DNA from: an uncultured SAR86 cluster bacterium | GTDB lineage: Bacteria > Pseudomonadota > Gammaproteobacteria > Magnimaribacterales > Magnimaribacteraceae | Assembly: GCA_902630715.1 (NCBI GenBank) | Contig: CACOVO010000002.1 | Coordinates: 20,603-84,602 of the forward strand | Length of the DNA stretch: 64,000 nucleotides | Direction of reading: 5' to 3' | Shown: piece by piece, positions 59,229 to 64,000 of the stretch | Layout: every line of letters begins with the position of its first letter | Numbering within the stretch: position 1 is the stretch's first letter | The notes under the pieces: generated by a model | The model's database searches: none | The model's input: only the letters and a program-made list of their open reading frames with translations | What the model was told of the DNA's origin: nothing | Translations under genes and position numbers: made by a program

Positions 59229-60386
59229 TTAAGAGTAAATCGAAGATTCAAAATCTTTGAGTGTTTCAAAGCAACCCTTTTCTACGAAAGGAAGCATCTG
59301 CATAAGTATCAAGGCTGCGATATCATTCTTTTGGTCTATCCAGAAGAAAGAATTAAAAAGACCTGCCCAACCCGCGCTATTTGCTGGCCTACCATATTGA
59401 ATATCTTCATGATTTATCATGAAGCCAGGACTCCAAGACTTTGTAGTATTTGGAAAAAAATCTACATTATCAGAAAGCATAGGGACTTGAGTTTTCATAG
59501 TGTTCATTTCAAGTGTTTTATTTAAACTCTGTAACATCGACTGAACAGATTTTTCTGAAAGTATTTTTTCTCCATTTACTGTTCCTGCATTCAGAAATAT
59601 TTTTAGGAAACTTGAGTAGTCATCGACATTTGAAATTAAATTACCACCGCCCGAATAGAATGAAGATTTTTCAGGAACTTCGAAAGGCATTTGCATATAG
59701 GCATCTCCATTTCTTCCGTAAACTGCCACGACTCTGTCGTGATCTTCCTCAGACAAGTCATAGGAGGTATTTTCCATGTTTAAAGGATTGAAAATATTCC
59801 TTTTCATATAATCTTGCAAAGAACATTCATTTATTTTTTCTATAAGGACACCTAACCAATCAATACCTATGCCATATTCCCAGCTTGAGCCAGGTTCGAA
59901 GACCAAAGGGGCTTTTAGAAATTCTTCATTTCCAGCGAAGGCTGTTACCAAATCACCTTTTTCAACTAGTTTGGCAATATTCTCATTCCAGATTTCGTAA
60001 GCAAAGCCTGAAGTATGAGTAAGTAATTGCCCAATGGTAATATCACTTTCTGGTTCTTTTAGAACAGGATTACCATCTCCATCGAAACCATCCAGTATCT
60101 TTTTTTCAGAGATTTCCGGAAAGTAATCCTTAAGGGAAGTATTTAGTGTTAATTTTCCTCTATCAATTTGTTGATATACGCAAGTTGAAGTAATCGCCTT
60201 TGTCATTGATGCTATTCTAAAAAGTGAATTTTGAGCAACAGGTTTTTTCTTTTCTACATTCGAGAATCCAAAGTAGCCTTTGTATAGAATTTTATCTTTC
60301 GAGAGAACTGCCGCGGAGATTGCCGGAACTCTTTGATTACTTGCCTTTTTTAATGTGTCATTGATTTTTTCTGTATTTATCAACAT
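59229..60386 (-). CDS. Serine hydrolase, class C beta-lactamase/esterase family
   Basis: IASMTK (SxxK), LLTHTSG, PG..WEYG and GWAGLFNSFFWID motifs. Confidence 0.88.
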   Translation of the reverse strand: MLINTEKINDTLKKASNQRVPAISAAVLSKDKILYKGYFGFSNVEKKKPVAQNSLFRIASMTKAITSTCVYQQIDRGKLTLNTSLKDYFPEISEKKILDGFDGDGNPVLKEPESDITIGQLLTHTSGFAYEIWNENIAKLVEKGDLVTAFAGNEEFLKAPLVFEPGSSWEYGIGIDWLGVLIEKINECSLQDYMKRNIFNPLNMENTSYDLSEEDHDRVVAVYGRNGDAYMQMPFEVPEKSSFYSGGGNLISNVDDYSSFLKIFLNAGTVNGEKILSEKSVQSMLQSLNKTLEMNTMKTQVPMLSDNVDFFPNTTKSWSPGFMINHEDIQYGRPANSAGWAGLFNSFFWIDQKNDIAALILMQMLPFVEKGCFETLKDFESSIYS

Positions 60387-60390
60387 AGAT

Positions 60391-61518
60391 TTACATATTT
60401 GTAAATTTCTCTAGATGAAAATCAGAATTACCAAACTGGGAATCTATAACAAGCAACCTCTTGAAGAAATGACCGATACGTAGCTCCTCAGTTACCCCCA
60501 TACCACCATGAAGCTGGACAGCACTTTCACCGACGAAAATTCCAGATTTCCCTATTAAATGCTTTAGAGCATGAACAGTTCTCTGTGATAGAACAGGATC
60601 TTCAACTGTCTCCATAGTCGCTCTGAAGAGAAGTGACTTACACTGTTCATATTCCATAAACATATCAACCATTCGATGTTGTAATACTTGAAAATCAGAC
60701 AAGGGATGATCAAATTGCTCTCTTTGCTGGGTATACTCAACTGTATCTTTGTATAGAACCTCCATCGCGCCTACAGCCTCAGCAGCTATTGCGAGAATTG
60801 CATCATTCGTCACTGCTCTAAGAATTTCAAACCCTTCATCCTTCTTGCCTACTAAATTCTCTGAAGACACTACAACATCTTTGAAGGAAATTTCAGAGGC
60901 TCTCAAGCCATCCACCGTAGGAAAATTTTCTTTTTCTATACCATCAGCATTCGCATCAACAAGAAATAAAGAAATTCCATTTTCGTCAACTTGGCTTCCA
61001 CTTGTTCTTGCAACTACAACAATCTTATCTGCTGACTCCGCATTTAGAACCATAGATTTTTTTCCATTTAAGACAAATGATTCGCTATCTTCACGTGCTG
61101 AAGTTGCCACATCCTCAAGATCAAACCTGCTTTGCTCTTCTGCATATGCCAATGTAACTTGCAGCTTGCCCTCAATAAGATCAGGTAAAATTGATTGTTT
61201 AACTGATTCAGAGCCTCCTCTTTTAATGGCTCCTCCACCGAGCACAATATTGGCTAAAAAAGGTTCTAGGACTAATCCTTTTCCAAATTGTTCCATAACC
61301 ACCAAAGTATCAATTTGATTGCCTCCGAATCCACCATCTTCTTCGTCGAAGGCTAACCCTAGCCATCCTAGTTCAGCCATAGAGGACCAGTAATCTTTAC
61401 TAAATCCAGGTTCCTCTGCGCTGATCTTGATCCTATTGGTGAGATCGTAATTCTCTTGTACAAAGCGCTCTACACTTTGCTGGATCATTTTTTGTTCTTC
61501 AGTTAGTTCGAAATTCAT
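60391..61518 (-). CDS. Acyl-CoA dehydrogenase, PimD-like partner subunit
   Basis: AELGWLG, REQFD.PLSDFQVLQHR and QLHGGMGVTEE motifs. Confidence 0.88.
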   Translation of the reverse strand: MNFELTEEQKMIQQSVERFVQENYDLTNRIKISAEEPGFSKDYWSSMAELGWLGLAFDEEDGGFGGNQIDTLVVMEQFGKGLVLEPFLANIVLGGGAIKRGGSESVKQSILPDLIEGKLQVTLAYAEEQSRFDLEDVATSAREDSESFVLNGKKSMVLNAESADKIVVVARTSGSQVDENGISLFLVDANADGIEKENFPTVDGLRASEISFKDVVVSSENLVGKKDEGFEILRAVTNDAILAIAAEAVGAMEVLYKDTVEYTQQREQFDHPLSDFQVLQHRMVDMFMEYEQCKSLLFRATMETVEDPVLSQRTVHALKHLIGKSGIFVGESAVQLHGGMGVTEELRIGHFFKRLLVIDSQFGNSDFHLEKFTNM

Positions 61519-62687
61519 TTAGAACTTCCTTTTGTAAGGCCCAGAACTTTCTTAGCTACAATATCTTTTTGAACCTCACTGGCTCCTCCATATATGGTGA
61601 AGTAGCGACTATTCAAATATCCGCCTGTACCGCTCTTAGCAAAAGCTGGACCAACTCCTTTATCACCCCAAGCGGAGGAGTAGATACCGCTAGCTTCAAC
61701 AGTGAGCTTTTGGATTCTTTGTTTTATCTCAGTACCTTTTAACTTAAGTATGGAGGATTCTGGACCAGGATCTCCTCCGGCAGCAGCAGAGGCCAAGCTT
61801 CTAAGTTCAGTGAACTCAGTGGCCAGAAGATCTATTTCAAGCTCACCAACTTTAGATTTGTAGCTTGACTCATCCATCAAGTTACCATTTCCTCTTTTTA
61901 TCGATCTCGCATTATCTTTTAGTTGCTCTAGCTCCACTAAAGACTTCGATAAGCCAGCTAAACCAGTTCTCTCATGCTCTAAGAGTCCTTTAGCATAAGT
62001 CCAACCTTTGCCTTCTTCACCTATTCTATTTTCAACAGGCACTTTCACATCTGTAAAGTGAACTGTATTTACAGTGTGAGACCCACCTAGAGTGATAATC
62101 GGCTTAACCTCAATCCCTTCTTGTTTCATGGGGAAAAGCAGGAAGGTTATTCCTTGTTGTTTTATTCCTGAATCATCAGTTCTGGTTAGACAAAAGATCC
62201 AATCAGCTACATGAGCAAGTGTAGTCCATATTTTAGACCCATTAACTGTGTAGTAAGTGCCATCATCAGACAAAACTGCCTTTGTTTTTAAATTAGCTAG
62301 ATCTGACCCAGCACCTGGTTCAGAGTATCCTTGGCACCAATTAACTTTCCTATCCCTTATATCAGGCAAGAATCTTTGTTGCTGCTCTTCGTTACCATAG
62401 TTCATTAGAATTGGCGCGAGCATGCCTAAACCGAAGGGCAAGTCAAAAGGAATATTGGCTCTTGCTGTTTCTTGTTCCCAAATATAATGTTGGGTAGGAG
62501 TCCAGCCTGGTCCGCCAAATTTCTCAGGCCATTTGGGAACATCCCAACCTCCTTTTTCTCTGGCTTTTTCAAACCAGCCTAATCTCCAAGAGAAGTAATC
62601 TTCCCCAGACTTAATTTTATTATCTTCGAAGAAACTTCTGACTTCGTCCCTAAATTCCAGGTCCTCACTGCTTAAGCTTATATCCAT
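61515..62687 (-). CDS. Acyl-CoA dehydrogenase, PimC-like catalytic subunit
   Basis: WCQGYSEPGAGSDLA, NGSKIWT, LEHER and TIYGGASEVQ motifs. Confidence 0.9.
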   Translation of the reverse strand: MDISLSSEDLEFRDEVRSFFEDNKIKSGEDYFSWRLGWFEKAREKGGWDVPKWPEKFGGPGWTPTQHYIWEQETARANIPFDLPFGLGMLAPILMNYGNEEQQQRFLPDIRDRKVNWCQGYSEPGAGSDLANLKTKAVLSDDGTYYTVNGSKIWTTLAHVADWIFCLTRTDDSGIKQQGITFLLFPMKQEGIEVKPIITLGGSHTVNTVHFTDVKVPVENRIGEEGKGWTYAKGLLEHERTGLAGLSKSLVELEQLKDNARSIKRGNGNLMDESSYKSKVGELEIDLLATEFTELRSLASAAAGGDPGPESSILKLKGTEIKQRIQKLTVEASGIYSSAWGDKGVGPAFAKSGTGGYLNSRYFTIYGGASEVQKDIVAKKVLGLTKGSSK

Positions 62688-62771
62688 ATTTTTTTTAATT
62701 TGAATTATTGAAAAGAAGCCAAATGTTAATGTTTTTTAATGTTGAAAGCCAGTGAAAATAAGCATCTCTTT

Positions 62772-62802
62772 AGGTTTTATTGCTTTAAAAAGAGTAAAAC
62801 CT
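62772..62802. promoter_or_regulatory. Inverted repeat in divergent promoter region (possible operator)
   Basis: AGGTTTTA-N15-TAAAACCT, extendable with a bulge. Confidence 0.4.
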
Positions 62803-62827
62803 CATTTACTATTAAAAGCTTATAAAT

Positions 62828-63241
62828 ATGGAAGAAAGATTAAAAAAATTTGATCCTGATTCGCATGGACCTTCTATGGAGTTTTTTAAGTTAAGGTTTG
62901 AATCTGTTGAAGGAAATAAAATTATTTTTTCATGTGAGTTTAAAGATGAGTGTGGCAATCCAATGGGTTTTGTACAAGGCGGTATGATATCTGCTGCGCT
63001 TGATGATGCTACTTCAGTAGCAATGATATGTGCTTATGAAGAAAAAAAAGCTCCTATGACAACAGACTTGCATGTTTTATTTCATCGTCCACTTCCGCTA
63101 GGAAAAGCTAATATGGAAGTCAACATTATCAAGCTTGGAGCAAGAAGTGCGACATCTGAGGGGAGAATATTTAATCAAGAGGGTAAGCTTGCAGCTACCT
63201 TGATGCACACAGCTCAACCTGTTGATGTGCAAAATAACTAA
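62828..63241 (+). CDS. PaaI family hot-dog thioesterase
   Basis: NPMGFVQGGMISAALDD and TTDLHV.F.RP motifs. Confidence 0.88.
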   Translation: MEERLKKFDPDSHGPSMEFFKLRFESVEGNKIIFSCEFKDECGNPMGFVQGGMISAALDDATSVAMICAYEEKKAPMTTDLHVLFHRPLPLGKANMEVNIIKLGARSATSEGRIFNQEGKLAATLMHTAQPVDVQNN

Positions 63242-63255
63242 TAGGAGAGATAAAT

Positions 63256-64000
63256 ATGAAGCCAGTATGTTTAGTTTTCGGAGCGGGCGCAGGTATTGGA
63301 GGAACAGTCGCCGCTAAATTTGCTGAGGAAGGATATCATTCATATCTTTGCAGAAGAACAGATCAAGAAGGTTTAGAGAAATTGATATCTGATATTGAAG
63401 CCTCTGGCGGCTCAGCTTCAGGACAATTGCTTAATGCTATTGAAGATAATTCAATAGAAGAGGTTATCAACAAAGTCGAAAATGATATCGGACCCATAGA
63501 GGTAGTAATTTATAACTTGGGAGCACAAACAGGAATGAAGTTGCTGAGTCAAACAAGTTATAAAGAATTTGAATGGGGTTGGAAAATGGCAAGCTTTGGT
63601 TTATTCAGAGTAGCCAAAGTATTATGTCCAATAATGGTAGACAGAGGAAAAGGAACTTTGTTGGTAACTTCAGCAACTGCAGCCATGAGAGGAAACGCAA
63701 CTCAGCATTCTCATTCGGCAGCTATGGCAGGGCGCAGAATGTTATGTCAGTCTTTAAATGCAGAATTTTCTTCTAAAGGTATTCACGTTGCACATATCAT
63801 TGTCGATGGGGCAGTAGATGCTCCTGATACTTTAGGAAAAATGCTTGGACCTGAAATGTATCAACAATTGAGAGAAACAAAAGGAATGGAGCATGATGGA
63901 TTATTGCTGCCCAAAGAAATTGCAAAAACTTATTTTCATCTCTCGCAACAACATAGATCGGCTTGGACTCATGAGTTGGACTTAAGAGCTTTTTCAGACT
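63256..64000 (+). CDS. Short-chain dehydrogenase/reductase (3' end beyond window)
   Basis: Not in ORF track. AGGAG RBS; MKPVCLVFGAGAGIGG, YNLGA, TSATAAMRG, HVAHIIVDG and QHRSAWTHELDLR. Confidence 0.88.
   Translation, partial: MKPVCLVFGAGAGIGGTVAAKFAEEGYHSYLCRRTDQEGLEKLISDIEASGGSASGQLLNAIEDNSIEEVINKVENDIGPIEVVIYNLGAQTGMKLLSQTSYKEFEWGWKMASFGLFRVAKVLCPIMVDRGKGTLLVTSATAAMRGNATQHSHSAAMAGRRMLCQSLNAEFSSKGIHVAHIIVDGAVDAPDTLGKMLGPEMYQQLRETKGMEHDGLLLPKEIAKTYFHLSQQHRSAWTHELDLRAFSD

Noticed and set aside
59229-60386. Antibiotic-resistance reading of the beta-lactamase-family, APH-fold and penicillin-acylase genes
   Set aside because: Motifs and context point to esterase, metabolic kinase and acyl-amidase roles; the SxxK protein has no signal peptide
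60749-61318. 189-aa antisense ORF (likewise 9899-10408 and the many 60-110 aa ORFs nested in core genes)
   Set aside because: Fully overlapped by well-supported genes; typical antisense or alternate-frame artefacts
63573-63776. 67-aa track ORF
   Set aside because: It is out of frame within the SDR gene starting at 63256
1-64000. CRISPR array, prophage, IS element, retron/RT or defence system
   Set aside because: No repeat-spacer pattern, integrase, transposase, reverse transcriptase or phage genes were recognised, and intergenic gaps are too short for an array

Overview
AT-rich, very gene-dense chromosomal segment from a streamlined, probably marine gammaproteobacterium. A SAR86-like origin is inferred from gene content, tiny intergenic gaps and Pseudomonadales-like synteny; it was not verified by search. 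Positions 1-45 kb are mostly core genes: ubiA, rubredoxin, a DAACS symporter, a membrane pyrophosphatase, cmoAB, recG-ridA-spoT-rpoZ-gmk, pyrE-riboflavin synthase, rpsU-yqeY, tsaD-folBK, lptD-surA-pdxA-rsmA-apaH-cca-folM, amgK-murU-rpe-trpEGDC, coq7-purDH-fis and rsmE-gshB-yqgF-dnaG-rpoD-tRNA-Ile2. A five-gene putative lipid-processing cassette sits at 16-20 kb. Downstream of the tRNA (45-64 kb) is an accessory-looking region of hydrolases, an EcKinase-like kinase paired with a histidine phosphatase, an atypical photolyase/cryptochrome operon, secreted unknowns and an acyl-CoA dehydrogenase cluster. No integrase, transposase, CRISPR array, rRNA or recognisable defence system was seen. The best candidates for undescribed biology are four: the kinase + MaoC pair + spinster-MFS cassette, the EcKinase/His-phosphatase pair, the photolyase lacking canonical FAD-pocket residues with three downstream unknown genes, and a secreted protein with a PDZ domain apparently inserted inside an NTF2/SnoaL fold. 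All family calls come from motif recognition by eye.
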